From Patescibacteria group bacterium (lineage in GTDB: Bacteria; Patescibacteriota; Minisyncoccia; Phycocordibacterales; DATDWN01): 64,000 bases of DNA. The DNA lies in assembly GCA_040389125.1 (NCBI GenBank), contig JAZKAN010000001.1, positions 178,737 through 242,736 of the forward strand, in the 5' to 3' direction. The notes beneath the pieces are model-generated. The model saw only the letters and a program-made list of their open reading frames with translations, did not search any database and was not told where the DNA came from. Within the stretch, counting starts at the first letter, position 1. Every line of letters starts with the position of its first letter. The position numbers and the translations under genes were made by a program. Of the stretch, positions 9,397-17,898 are shown one piece after another.

Positions 9397-10641
9397 TTAA
9401 CTATTATAATATTTGCCCAGAAAATCTTTTTTGTATTCATCGAATTCCCCACTCATTATTGTTTTTCGCATCCTATCTACCATATGAATAATAAAATGTA
9501 GGTTGTGTATGGACGCGAGAGTTGCTGCAAGCATTTCCTTGGCACGAAATAAATGTGCAACATAGCTGCGACTATAGTTCTGACATGTGTAGCATGAACA
9601 CTCACTGTCTAGTGGCGACAAATCATCGCGATACTCTGCATTCGTTATGTTGATCCTGCCACGAGTCGTGTACACATTTCCATTGCGCGCAATACGAGTT
9701 GACGAAACACAGTCAAACAAATCGCATCCATTTTCCACAGCACCAAACAGATCCACCGGTTCGCCAATACCAAGTAAGTGTCGTGGTTTCTCGCGAGGCA
9801 ATATACTGTTGCACCACTCGACAGCCTTACCCATATCCTCCTTTTCAAATGATCCACCAATTCCAAATCCATCAAACTCCCGTCCGTTTACCGAACAGTC
9901 CGCGAGAAACTGTGCGGACTCTTTGCGTAATGTTTCATCTCGTCCACCCTGCACAATACCAAACAGTGCCTGTGTTTCTGCATTATCTTTCGACACATGA
10001 TATTCCAAACTGCGTTTGGCCCAACGATGTGTCCGCTCAAGCGCCTCCTTTTGGTAATGCAGTGACTCATGTGGGGATGTGCATTCATCAAATGCAAAAA
10101 TCATATCCGCCCCCAAATTATGCTGAATCTCAATTGATTTTTCGGGAGTAAAATAATGTGCAGAGCCGTCTGTGTGCGAACGAAATGTTACACCGTTGGG
10201 ATCTATGTGTGCAATTTTTGGTAGTCCCTCTCCATCATTTCTGTCGGCAAGCATCAGCTCATCTGTTTTCAGTGCATTCGAAATTTTACCCATACCTTTG
10301 TTTCCATATGCCGAACCGAGAGAAAATACCTGAAACCCACCAGAGTCTGTCATGGTCGGTCCCTTCCAATTCATTGCTTTGTGCAATCCTCCCATATTTT
10401 TAATTCGCTCATCACCTGGCTCCAGATACAAATGATATGTGTTTGCGAGCACCACCTGTGCACCCGCATCGCGGACCTGTTCTGGCGTGAGAGCTTTGAC
10501 GGTTGCTTTGGTTCCCACTGTGACAAACGCCGGAGTTTGAATGTCACCATGTGGAGTCGAGATGGTTCCAGTACGTCCAAGCTTGCCCGAAAGTTCGGTG
10601 TGTATCGTAAATGAGAAATTCTTTTTCATTTGGCTCAGCAT
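9397..10641 (-). CDS. tgt: queuine tRNA-ribosyltransferase (tRNA-guanine transglycosylase)
   Basis: GRTGTISTPHGDIQTPAFVTVGT and VLANTYHLYL motifs, and zinc site CSCYTCQNYSRSYVAHL. Confidence 0.9.
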   Translation of the reverse strand: MLSQMKKNFSFTIHTELSGKLGRTGTISTPHGDIQTPAFVTVGTKATVKALTPEQVRDAGAQVVLANTYHLYLEPGDERIKNMGGLHKAMNWKGPTMTDSGGFQVFSLGSAYGNKGMGKISNALKTDELMLADRNDGEGLPKIAHIDPNGVTFRSHTDGSAHYFTPEKSIEIQHNLGADMIFAFDECTSPHESLHYQKEALERTHRWAKRSLEYHVSKDNAETQALFGIVQGGRDETLRKESAQFLADCSVNGREFDGFGIGGSFEKEDMGKAVEWCNSILPREKPRHLLGIGEPVDLFGAVENGCDLFDCVSSTRIARNGNVYTTRGRINITNAEYRDDLSPLDSECSCYTCQNYSRSYVAHLFRAKEMLAATLASIHNLHFIIHMVDRMRKTIMSGEFDEYKKDFLGKYYNS

Positions 10642-10713
10642 AGCACATTCGACTTGAATTTAAAAAATCTTAAAATCTAGATGGAATTCAAGACAAAATT
10701 AAAAAAATAACCC

Positions 10714-10781
10714 GAGGTGTACTAAATGTACATTGAGGGTTATTTTTTTAATTTTAACGCAGAAATCCGCTAAATTTGGAG
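10714..10781 (+). repeat. GUAC-hairpin element (family B/C), degenerate copy
   Basis: GAGGTGTAC-TAAAT-GTACATTGAGGG, then a T7 tract, then AACGCAGAAATCCG...GGAG. It shares the hairpin, AU tract, AACGCAGA and UCCG...GGAG tail with copies at 16210, 29786, 37828 and 41700. Lies just after the FKBP stop. Confidence 0.65.
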
Positions 10782-10785
10782 ATTT

Positions 10786-11253
10786 TTATTTTTCTACCTT
10801 TAGAAGCTGTACCTCAAAAATAAGTGTTGATCCTCCTGGTATCGGTCCGTAGTCGCTCATACCATATCCCATTTCTGGTGGCACAGAGAGTACTCGTGTA
10901 CCTCCCACCTTCATACCCACAATTCCTTTGTCCCACCCCTCGATCACTTGACCACCACCGAGCGTGAACTTGAGAGGTTCACCTCGAGCAACTGAACTAT
11001 CAAATACTTTGCCATCTACAAAATGTCCGACGTAGTGAACTGTTACGATACTTCCAACTGTGGCTTCATCACCTGTCCCTACTACCCTATCCTGAATTAA
11101 CAGATTTCCGATTGCACTCGTGTTCATTGATGTTTGTTGTGTGTTATTTGGACTAAATATAGAAAGTAAACCAGAACCAAAAATAAAAAAACCTGCAATT
11201 GCACAGAGTGATACTACAACTGCGATCCACTCATTTTTATCTAATTTTTTCAT
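10786..11253 (-). CDS. FKBP-type peptidyl-prolyl cis-trans isomerase, membrane-anchored
   Basis: VTVHYVGHFVDGKVFDSS...LGGGQVIEGWDKGIVGMKVGG FKBP core with an N-terminal TM helix. Confidence 0.85.
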   Translation of the reverse strand: MKKLDKNEWIAVVVSLCAIAGFFIFGSGLLSIFSPNNTQQTSMNTSAIGNLLIQDRVVGTGDEATVGSIVTVHYVGHFVDGKVFDSSVARGEPLKFTLGGGQVIEGWDKGIVGMKVGGTRVLSVPPEMGYGMSDYGPIPGGSTLIFEVQLLKVEK

Positions 11254-11337
11254 ACATATAGTATATGATGTGTAGAGAAGAATGTAAATAAAAATTCTGC
11301 AAGTTTCTAGAATAAAAGTATGGTATAGTATCTATTC

Positions 11338-12087
11338 ATGAAAAAGCCACAAAAAGTCAAAGTTGCCCCTGCACCACCTACAAATACATACCCAATGCGG
11401 ATCAATAAATACCTTGCTCACAAGGGTATCGCAACACGTACTGGTGTAGACGAGCTAATCAAATCGCACAAAATCCTCATAAATGGAAAAGTTGCTGTGC
11501 TCGGTGACAAAGTCGCGGAGACAGACAACGTAGAAGTACGTGGCACACACACCAAAAAGAAATATGTGTACTATGCGTACAACAAACCACAAGGTATTGT
11601 GAGTACAAATCCCCAAGGTGATGAAAAAGGTATTTTGGAAAATGTGAAATTACCGGTCAAAGTTTTCCCTGTCGGACGATTGGACAAGGAGTCACATGGT
11701 CTTATGATACTTACAAATGACGGTCGTGTTACAGACAGACTTCTCAATCCTATTTACAAGCACGAAAAAGAGTACATCGTCGAGGTGGATCGCAAATATA
11801 CTCCAGGATTTATGAAACATATGCAAGAAGGTGTTGAACTTTCAGATGGTATTACTAAACCTGCTGTATTTGAGAAAATTGATGAAACAACATTTAGCAT
11901 TATTTTGACCGAAGGTCGCAATCGTCAACTACGACGTATGACAGAAAAACTTGGCTATACGATACGTGACTTGCAACGTATCCGTGTACAAAATATTGAG
12001 CTCAAAACTGCACCGATTAATTCCTGTCGAGAAATCACCGGCACTGAGCGAGAGAAATTTTTGGAAGGTATTGGTTTAACTGCGTAA
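11338..12087 (+). CDS. rRNA pseudouridine synthase (RsuA/RluB family) with S4 domain
   Basis: S4-like N-terminus (INKYLAHKGIATR...KILINGKV) and catalytic VGRLDKESHGLMILTNDG. Confidence 0.85.
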   Translation: MKKPQKVKVAPAPPTNTYPMRINKYLAHKGIATRTGVDELIKSHKILINGKVAVLGDKVAETDNVEVRGTHTKKKYVYYAYNKPQGIVSTNPQGDEKGILENVKLPVKVFPVGRLDKESHGLMILTNDGRVTDRLLNPIYKHEKEYIVEVDRKYTPGFMKHMQEGVELSDGITKPAVFEKIDETTFSIILTEGRNRQLRRMTEKLGYTIRDLQRIRVQNIELKTAPINSCREITGTEREKFLEGIGLTA

Positions 12088-12125
12088 TTTTATTTTTTTA
12101 TTATTCGAGATACAATATATTTATT

Positions 12126-12869
12126 ATGGACAGACCACACAAACACGAAAATCAGCCAAAACCACTTACCAAACAAGAAATTCACGATGCAACCGTGGCT
12201 CGAGTTTCAGCAATAGACAAGGAATTCAACGATGGCTTTAATTTTATGAAGCATTACCCTCGCTCTGTCAGCATTTTTGGAGGAGTGCGTATTGCTGAAT
12301 CCGACCCCTACTACGCAATGGCACGATCGCTGGGTAGTCGTATAGTCAACGAACTCAACTACTCCGTATTTACCGGTGGCGGACCAGGTATTATGGAAGC
12401 AGCAAACCGAGGAGCGTTTGAGGCGGGCGGACAGTCACTTGGACTTACGATCGAACTTCCCTTTGAACAGCAGTCAAATCAGTATCTCACCAAGTTTCTT
12501 GATTTCTATTATTTCTTTAGCCGAAAAGTCTGTTTGCATTTCAGTGGCGAGGCATACGTATTTTTCCCAGGCGGGTTTGGAACGTTTGATGAATTTTTTG
12601 AAATTCTCACACTCGTTCAAACTGGTAAAATCGAGAAAGTTCCAATCATCCTTTTTGGTTCAGAATATTGGAATAAAGTTGATAACCTTATAAAAGAAAT
12701 TTTACTTTCGCGAAATGCTATTGATCCCACAGATGTCCATCTCTATAAAATTACAGATAACGAAGATGAGGTTATCGAGATAATCCGCAACGCACCAGTT
12801 CGCAATGGTCTCAAATTTGAACACGACGCGATTTACGGTCACCACCGTGTTGAGGATGCAAAGGAATAA
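12126..12869 (+). CDS. LOG family (TIGR00730) nucleotide-binding protein
   Basis: VSIFGGVRI...TGGGPGIMEAANRGA...PGGFGTFDEF motifs. Confidence 0.85.
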   Translation: MDRPHKHENQPKPLTKQEIHDATVARVSAIDKEFNDGFNFMKHYPRSVSIFGGVRIAESDPYYAMARSLGSRIVNELNYSVFTGGGPGIMEAANRGAFEAGGQSLGLTIELPFEQQSNQYLTKFLDFYYFFSRKVCLHFSGEAYVFFPGGFGTFDEFFEILTLVQTGKIEKVPIILFGSEYWNKVDNLIKEILLSRNAIDPTDVHLYKITDNEDEVIEIIRNAPVRNGLKFEHDAIYGHHRVEDAKE

Positions 12870-12878
12870 ATCCACGCT

Positions 12879-13097
12879 CTACTCCCCTTTTTGAATTTCT
12901 TTTTTGATTTCCTTAAATTCGTTTTCTATTTCTGAGAGTCGCTCACGAGATGCCTTGATCAGAGTCGCGCCTTCCTTTACATATTCGAGTCCTTTTTCCA
13001 CATCGAGTTCTGATTGCGATTCGAACCACGACACTATCTGAGATAGTTTTTTCAGAGTTTCATTTAAATTTGTTCCGTCCGTTGTTTTTTTTGTCAT
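12879..13097 (-). CDS. xseB: exodeoxyribonuclease VII small subunit
   Basis: 72-aa helical protein (LNETLKKLSQIVSWFES...LEKGLEYVKEG) immediately downstream of xseA. Confidence 0.85.
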   Translation of the reverse strand: MTKKTTDGTNLNETLKKLSQIVSWFESQSELDVEKGLEYVKEGATLIKASRERLSEIENEFKEIKKEIQKGE

Positions 13098-13115
13098 TGC
13101 GTTTGTATAGTTTTG

Positions 13116-14354
13116 TTAGAGCACTTTAGAAACTATTATACCGTCTGACACCAGAATATCAACTTCGGTCCCGTGTGGAGCATCAGCGATTTTCCGTATG
13201 ACCTTTCCACCACTCTGTACAATACTGTACCCTCGTGCTAGTTGTCTCTCGGGACTAGACATTTCGAGAGATTTTGCTGATTGTGACAAGACATCTCGAA
13301 CACGCGAAGTAATCCCCTCGAAACCACGTACAATTTCCTTTTCATTCCTCTGTATAGAATCCGAAATTCTGGCAATCTGAGTTTCAATACGTACGAGTGC
13401 ATGCAGGAGAGTCGTCTCCGCACGTTGAAATGTTTCAAACAACGCGACAAATCGTTTCTCGATTGAAATTTGGGAATTTTCTAAAATATATTGTGAGTCG
13501 CGTAATCCAGCCTGAAACTGTGACATAATTTTCTCCTCTGCGAGATGCACAGTCGCAAGAGCACTCATCCACGTCGAGTTAAGAAGTCCGGCAACAGCAG
13601 TCGGAGTCGAAACATTTTTGTCGGACACAAGTGATACGAGCGAAACATCTTTATCGTGACCAATGCCTGTAAGAACTGGTACAGGAAAATCAGCAACTGC
13701 CCGTACCAACATTTCATTGTTGAACGCCATAAATGATTCGAGTGACCCTCCACCCCGCATGATAACGAGCACATCAATATCTTTTTTTTGTAGTGTCTTG
13801 ATTGCCGAAAGCAAATCTTTGATTGCATCCTGCCCCTCAACTTTGGAATCGACAAAACTAATTTCATATCCAAATTTACCTATGTTGGTCAGAAAATCGT
13901 TTATCACCGCACCACTTTTAGATGTGATAACCCCGATGCGGGTCGGATAGTCAGGAATCATCCGTTTTCGCATTTCAGAAAATAATCCTTCGTCTTCTAG
14001 CTTTTTCCGGAGCACATCATATGCAATCTTCAGTGCTCCATCTCCGACCAGTTCTACGAGTTCAACTTGGAGAGTCAGTCCCCCGTTTGGTTTATATATG
14101 TTTGGGTATGCAGTTACGATAACCTCCATACCGTCGACGAGTGTCACACCGGAAATTTTGAAATCATTTTTCCACATAAAACATTTTATTGTACTACCAT
14201 CTTTGCTGTCTTTTATCGAAAAGTACAAATAGCTTCTGCCTTCGTACATTTGCACGCCAGAAATTTCTCCGATGATTTTAGCTCGCTCACCTTTTAGAGT
14301 AGCATTGAGAGAGTCGAGATATTTACTTACAGAAATGATATCTTTCGAATTCAT
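13116..14354 (-). CDS. xseA: exodeoxyribonuclease VII large subunit
   Basis: N-terminal OB fold and central VLVIMRGGGSLESFMAFNNE...TGIGHDKDVSL motif. Confidence 0.9.
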   Translation of the reverse strand: MNSKDIISVSKYLDSLNATLKGERAKIIGEISGVQMYEGRSYLYFSIKDSKDGSTIKCFMWKNDFKISGVTLVDGMEVIVTAYPNIYKPNGGLTLQVELVELVGDGALKIAYDVLRKKLEDEGLFSEMRKRMIPDYPTRIGVITSKSGAVINDFLTNIGKFGYEISFVDSKVEGQDAIKDLLSAIKTLQKKDIDVLVIMRGGGSLESFMAFNNEMLVRAVADFPVPVLTGIGHDKDVSLVSLVSDKNVSTPTAVAGLLNSTWMSALATVHLAEEKIMSQFQAGLRDSQYILENSQISIEKRFVALFETFQRAETTLLHALVRIETQIARISDSIQRNEKEIVRGFEGITSRVRDVLSQSAKSLEMSSPERQLARGYSIVQSGGKVIRKIADAPHGTEVDILVSDGIIVSKVL

Positions 14355-14366
14355 AGGGGTAGTATA

Positions 14367-14960
14367 TCAAAAATTTGTTCCACACACTCCATCTGCCCAA
14401 AGTCCAAGTTTTTGAACACGAGCATTGTCTTGTGCCTTTTTAAATTCCGTTTGAAATAGGTATGGTATGCGGTATGTGTATTCGTATGCGTACCCCTCTG
14501 CAACCATTACTTTATTTACAAATGTTCCGTCTGGCAGATACACGTATCGCAGGAGTCTCCCGTATTTATCACGATCTGTTTGCGTTTTATCTCCCTTCAG
14601 AAAAACCTCCATTCCTGTCACGAGTTGCTTCATCTTGTTCGATGCGTCTATACCAAAACACTGAACGGGTTTCCGTGGATCTACAGTCTCTGGTGTATTA
14701 ATTCCAATCAGTCGCACTTTTTCTTCAGCTCCATCATCCATAGTCACAACAATAGTATCCCCATCTATTACACGCACGACATCTACTACACCTGGAATGT
14801 GGTTGTGGACAGTGCTTGTTGCACTATTTTCTTCAATATCTATTACTCTAGGAACAACACTTTGAATTACCGTACCAGTTTGATTGATCTGTACACTCTC
14901 CCGCAGGTACAACAAAATCGCAATCGAAAGTAGTACAACCACAGTTGTTAATCTCTTCAT
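14367..14960 (-). CDS. thermonuclease (staphylococcal nuclease-like), secreted or anchored
   Basis: Signal/TM N-terminus and SNase core (VIDGDTIVV...RLIGINTPE...GRLLRYVY...AEGYAY). Confidence 0.85.
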   Translation of the reverse strand: MKRLTTVVVLLSIAILLYLRESVQINQTGTVIQSVVPRVIDIEENSATSTVHNHIPGVVDVVRVIDGDTIVVTMDDGAEEKVRLIGINTPETVDPRKPVQCFGIDASNKMKQLVTGMEVFLKGDKTQTDRDKYGRLLRYVYLPDGTFVNKVMVAEGYAYEYTYRIPYLFQTEFKKAQDNARVQKLGLWADGVCGTNF

Positions 14961-14970
14961 ATAAATGAAA

Positions 14971-15579
14971 TTAAAGTTCTGGCGTATTCTCTATTTTTGC
15001 TTTTCGAGTTTTAACAATATATTCAATCGCAGACGGGAGAACAGAAATAAACACAATGCCAACAATAATCGGGGTGAGATATGAAGTTGCATTTGGAATT
15101 GCTTTGCCCAAATAGAATCCGACTAGTGTCATCCCTCCGGCCCAAAACACTCCACCAATGAATGTGTAGCGAACGAATTTTTCATATTTCATTTTGGCAA
15201 TACCAGCGAGCGTCGGTGCGAAACTGCGTACTATCGGCACAAACCGACCAATAATAATCGTTTTTGCACCGTATTTATCAAAAAATTCCTGCGTATAATC
15301 AATGTATTTTTGTTTGAAATATTTAGAATCTTTTGTAAAAAATTTCTTCACTATGTAGTGACCGAGTGAGTAGCTAAATAGGTAGCCGAGAACCGCAGCA
15401 ATAAAAATAACAAGGATGAGAATGTCGATACGCAAAATTCCCTGCGATGCCAAAAATCCTGTTGTAAACAGGAGACTGTCGCCAGGCAGAAAAAGTGTCA
15501 GCGGAAATGACTCGAAAAATATGATGGCAAATAGACCAGGATAGCCAATTTTTTGTACCAGTGCGATGAGAGATTCCAT
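14971..15579 (-). CDS. DedA family membrane protein
   Basis: FFESFPLTLFLPGDSLLFTTGFLASQGIL DedA signature. Start at MESLIALVQKIGYPG; the ORF extension to 15741 runs through the GC-rich palindrome and is rejected. Confidence 0.85.
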   Translation of the reverse strand: MESLIALVQKIGYPGLFAIIFFESFPLTLFLPGDSLLFTTGFLASQGILRIDILILVIFIAAVLGYLFSYSLGHYIVKKFFTKDSKYFKQKYIDYTQEFFDKYGAKTIIIGRFVPIVRSFAPTLAGIAKMKYEKFVRYTFIGGVFWAGGMTLVGFYLGKAIPNATSYLTPIIVGIVFISVLPSAIEYIVKTRKAKIENTPEL

Positions 15580-15594
15580 GAGGGGTAGTATAGC

Positions 15595-15708
15595 ACAAAA
15601 TCCCGTGCATATGTTTTTAAAACACGGCGTCGCTCGGGGCACTCGCGCGCCTCGCTCTCGGGCCGTCGCCCTGCGTACGGTTTTAAAAACATATGCACGG
15701 GATTTTGT
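15595..15708. repeat. 114-bp palindrome: 29-nt perfect AT-rich arms around a 56-nt GC-rich core
   Basis: Arms acaaaatcccgtgcatatgtttttaaaac / gttttaaaaacatatgcacgggattttgt. The core carries the direct repeat CTCGCTCGGGG...CTCGCTCTCGGG. Confidence 0.9.
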
Positions 15709-15727
15709 AAGTGGTGATTTTAGACAA

Positions 15728-15772
15728 GAAAAAACCGCCACTCACCTGAGAAAGCGCGAGTGGCGGTTTTCT
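15728..15772. terminator. bidirectional intrinsic terminator
   Basis: AAAAAACCGCCACTC...GAGTGGCGGTTTTCTTC, with A-run and T-run flanks. Confidence 0.6.
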
Positions 15773-16075
15773 TCAGCGATGGCGATTTAGTTTGAAGGGT
15801 GTGCAGTAAAGTACAGCTGCCTAAGACTAAGAGTACTTTGATCACCCCATACCCCATCAGGTACAAACTCACTGGTGTGACATTTGGAGTCGCGGATGAT
15901 GCGTTGGATACCTTCGATATGAGGTTTCGGTGCGCCTTTGAGGTGAGTATCGACAGCTGACGGTCCGACATCCTGTCCATGCAGAAGGATTGCAAGAATG
16001 ATCTGCCATACTCGAAGTGCTTCAATCTGTACCGTTGCCTGTGTACTCAAAATCTTTCTCCTTGGGAAACATCCC
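15773..16075 (-). ncRNA. candidate ncRNA or very short-ORF unit of unknown identity (~345 nt including terminator)
   Basis: Bounded by two bidirectional terminators, with a sigma70-like promoter (TTGACA-N16-TAATCT) on the minus strand. GC is above the local average. Only overlapping ORFs without ATG/RBS support. Confidence 0.25.
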
Positions 16076-16081
16076 GACCTT

Positions 16082-16109
16082 AGATTACTCACAATTTCTG
16101 TTCTGTCAA
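16082..16109 (-). promoter_or_regulatory. sigma70-like promoter TTGACA-N16-TAATCT (minus strand)
   Basis: Minus-sense gttgaca gaacagaaattgtgag taatct, immediately downstream of the helicase terminator. Confidence 0.4.
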
Positions 16110-16141
16110 CAAAACAGCATACCATCTTTGGTATGCTGTTT
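16110..16141. terminator. bidirectional intrinsic terminator
   Basis: AAAACAGCATACC-ATCTTT-GGTATGCTGTTTTG. Perfect 9-bp stem flanked by A4 and T4. Confidence 0.65.
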
Positions 16142-16209
16142 TGTCATGATTGAATTCAAGAACTTTCATAATTTCGATGAGATCCGACGTTGAGAATTTG
16201 AAAATTCGA

Positions 16210-16266
16210 GGAGACGTACACGAGTACGTTGACGAGTATTTTTAAATCCGAAACTAGGAGATCGCG
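16210..16266 (+). repeat. GUAC-hairpin element (family B/C) copy
   Basis: GGAGACGTACAC-GA-GTACGTTGACGAGTATTTTTAAATCCGAAACTAGGAGATCGCG, immediately after the DEAD-box helicase stop. Nearly identical to the 37828 copy. Confidence 0.8.
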
Positions 16267-16278
16267 AAATTTGGAAGT

Positions 16279-17592
16279 TTATTCCACGAAGGTAAATGCT
16301 TTGCCCTTCTTGCCCGCTCTACCCGTTCTTCCGATTCGGTGAACATAGTCGTCGTATGTTGCAGGGATATCAAAGTTGATCACGTGTGAGACATCAGAAA
16401 TGTCGAGACCTCGAGCAGCAACGTCTGTCGCCACGAGTACCTGCGCCTTATTTTCCTTGAACTGTCTCAGTGCTCTTTCGCGTCCAGACTGGTTTTTATC
16501 ACCATGAATAGATTCGGCTTTGAATCCGCGACCATTGAGTAGTTGTGTAAGTTTTTCAACGCCATGTTTGGTCCGTCCGAAAATGAGAACTTTATTAAAG
16601 TCAGGTTGAATGAGCATGCTATGCAACACATCAAGTTTATTATCTCCGCGCTCCACTCGCACCACATCCTGGTCAACATTTTTTGATGTGTCCTGAGTTT
16701 TAACAGAAATAGTTACTGGATTTTTCAAGAAATCCTTGATGAGCACCTCGATTTCTCGAGAAAGTGTCGCAGAGAAAAACAGTGTGTGTCTCTCGGCTGG
16801 CATTTTGCTCATGAGCAGCTTCATGTCGTTAATAAATCCCATGTCGAGCATTCGATCAGCTTCATCGAGAACCACCGTTCGAAAATGTGAGAGGTTTAAA
16901 CATCCTCGTTCCACGAGATCCTTGATTCGTCCTGGCGTACCAATGACAAATTCATTGCGATATCGCAAATCGCGAATCTGCTTGCCGATCGGAGATCCTC
17001 CTACCGCACAGACAGAATATAGTTTCATACCCTTTGTAAAACCAACGAGCTCATCCTGAATCTGAGTCGCAAGTTCGCGAGTTGGAACCATGATGAGTAC
17101 GTTTGCTTTTGCATCAGAGAGTACTTTGTGAATAAGCGGAATGAGAAATGCCGCTGTTTTACCAGTACCTGTGTTTGCAATACCGACAACATCCTCTCCG
17201 CGAAGTACGTGTGGGATTGCGCGGTCCTGAATCGGAGTTGGGAGTGAATACCCTTTTCCTAAAATATTATTTTTTAAATTTTCATCAATAAGAAAATCAG
17301 CGAACTTGTGTTCAGGAACAAAGTTTTCAACTTGTTCTGTGATGACTGCCTTGCTGATAAATCGTGAGTGTTCGATGCGGTCGGTTTTGCCCCCGCCTCG
17401 TCCACCGCGACTTCCACCTCTGTTTCCTCCACTTGAAAATCCACGAGAGTTACCTCGTGATCCATATGTAGTTCGTGGAGCATGACTTGCACCACGTGTC
17501 GTAGCGTAATAGCCACCACTCGTACCTGTAGTTGTTCGAGATACAGGTCGTCTCGCCGCTCCTCGTGAGGAGCTGTATGATTTTGATTCCAT
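16279..17592 (-). CDS. DEAD-box ATP-dependent RNA helicase with C-terminal RG-rich tail
   Basis: Q-motif, GTGKTAAF (motif I), VLDEADRMLDMGF (DEAD), SAT, and HRIGRTGRAG (motif VI). Confidence 0.9.
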   Translation of the reverse strand: MESKSYSSSRGAARRPVSRTTTGTSGGYYATTRGASHAPRTTYGSRGNSRGFSSGGNRGGSRGGRGGGKTDRIEHSRFISKAVITEQVENFVPEHKFADFLIDENLKNNILGKGYSLPTPIQDRAIPHVLRGEDVVGIANTGTGKTAAFLIPLIHKVLSDAKANVLIMVPTRELATQIQDELVGFTKGMKLYSVCAVGGSPIGKQIRDLRYRNEFVIGTPGRIKDLVERGCLNLSHFRTVVLDEADRMLDMGFINDMKLLMSKMPAERHTLFFSATLSREIEVLIKDFLKNPVTISVKTQDTSKNVDQDVVRVERGDNKLDVLHSMLIQPDFNKVLIFGRTKHGVEKLTQLLNGRGFKAESIHGDKNQSGRERALRQFKENKAQVLVATDVAARGLDISDVSHVINFDIPATYDDYVHRIGRTGRAGKKGKAFTFVE

Positions 17593-17778
17593 TTTATTAT
17601 TACCTGAGGCTTTTAGAATAAAGTCTCGTAAGTTCGGGGAGAAATATAAAGCGGATACCGCTCGGAAATCTCTAGGATTTAAAGCAAAAGCCTCAAAAAC
17701 AAACTAGTGAGAATGACTCAAGTAACTACTACTATATACTACCTGCCATTTTCTGTCAAGGATTGTGGAAAATGGTGC

Positions 17779-17807
17779 TTGACAATCTATATGGAGTATG
17801 CTATACT
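17779..17807 (+). promoter_or_regulatory. consensus sigma70 promoter TTGACA-N17-TATACT
   Basis: cttgacaatctatatggagtatgctatact, ~90 nt upstream of the LysM gene start. Confidence 0.55.
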
Positions 17808-17898
17808 ATACACAGACTTGTTAAATTTGTTCAGTAATCCGCTAGGCGGGTTGGGGCAGGTTTGGCAAGAGAATGCTCGTTGTAAAAGGAAAGCTCGA

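Noticed and set aside
14971-15741. 256-aa version of the DedA ORF and the plus-strand ORF 15566-15790
   Set aside because: Both run through the GC-rich 114-bp palindrome. The DedA homology begins at MESLIALVQ (15579). The upstream part is Arg/Ala-rich palindrome translation.
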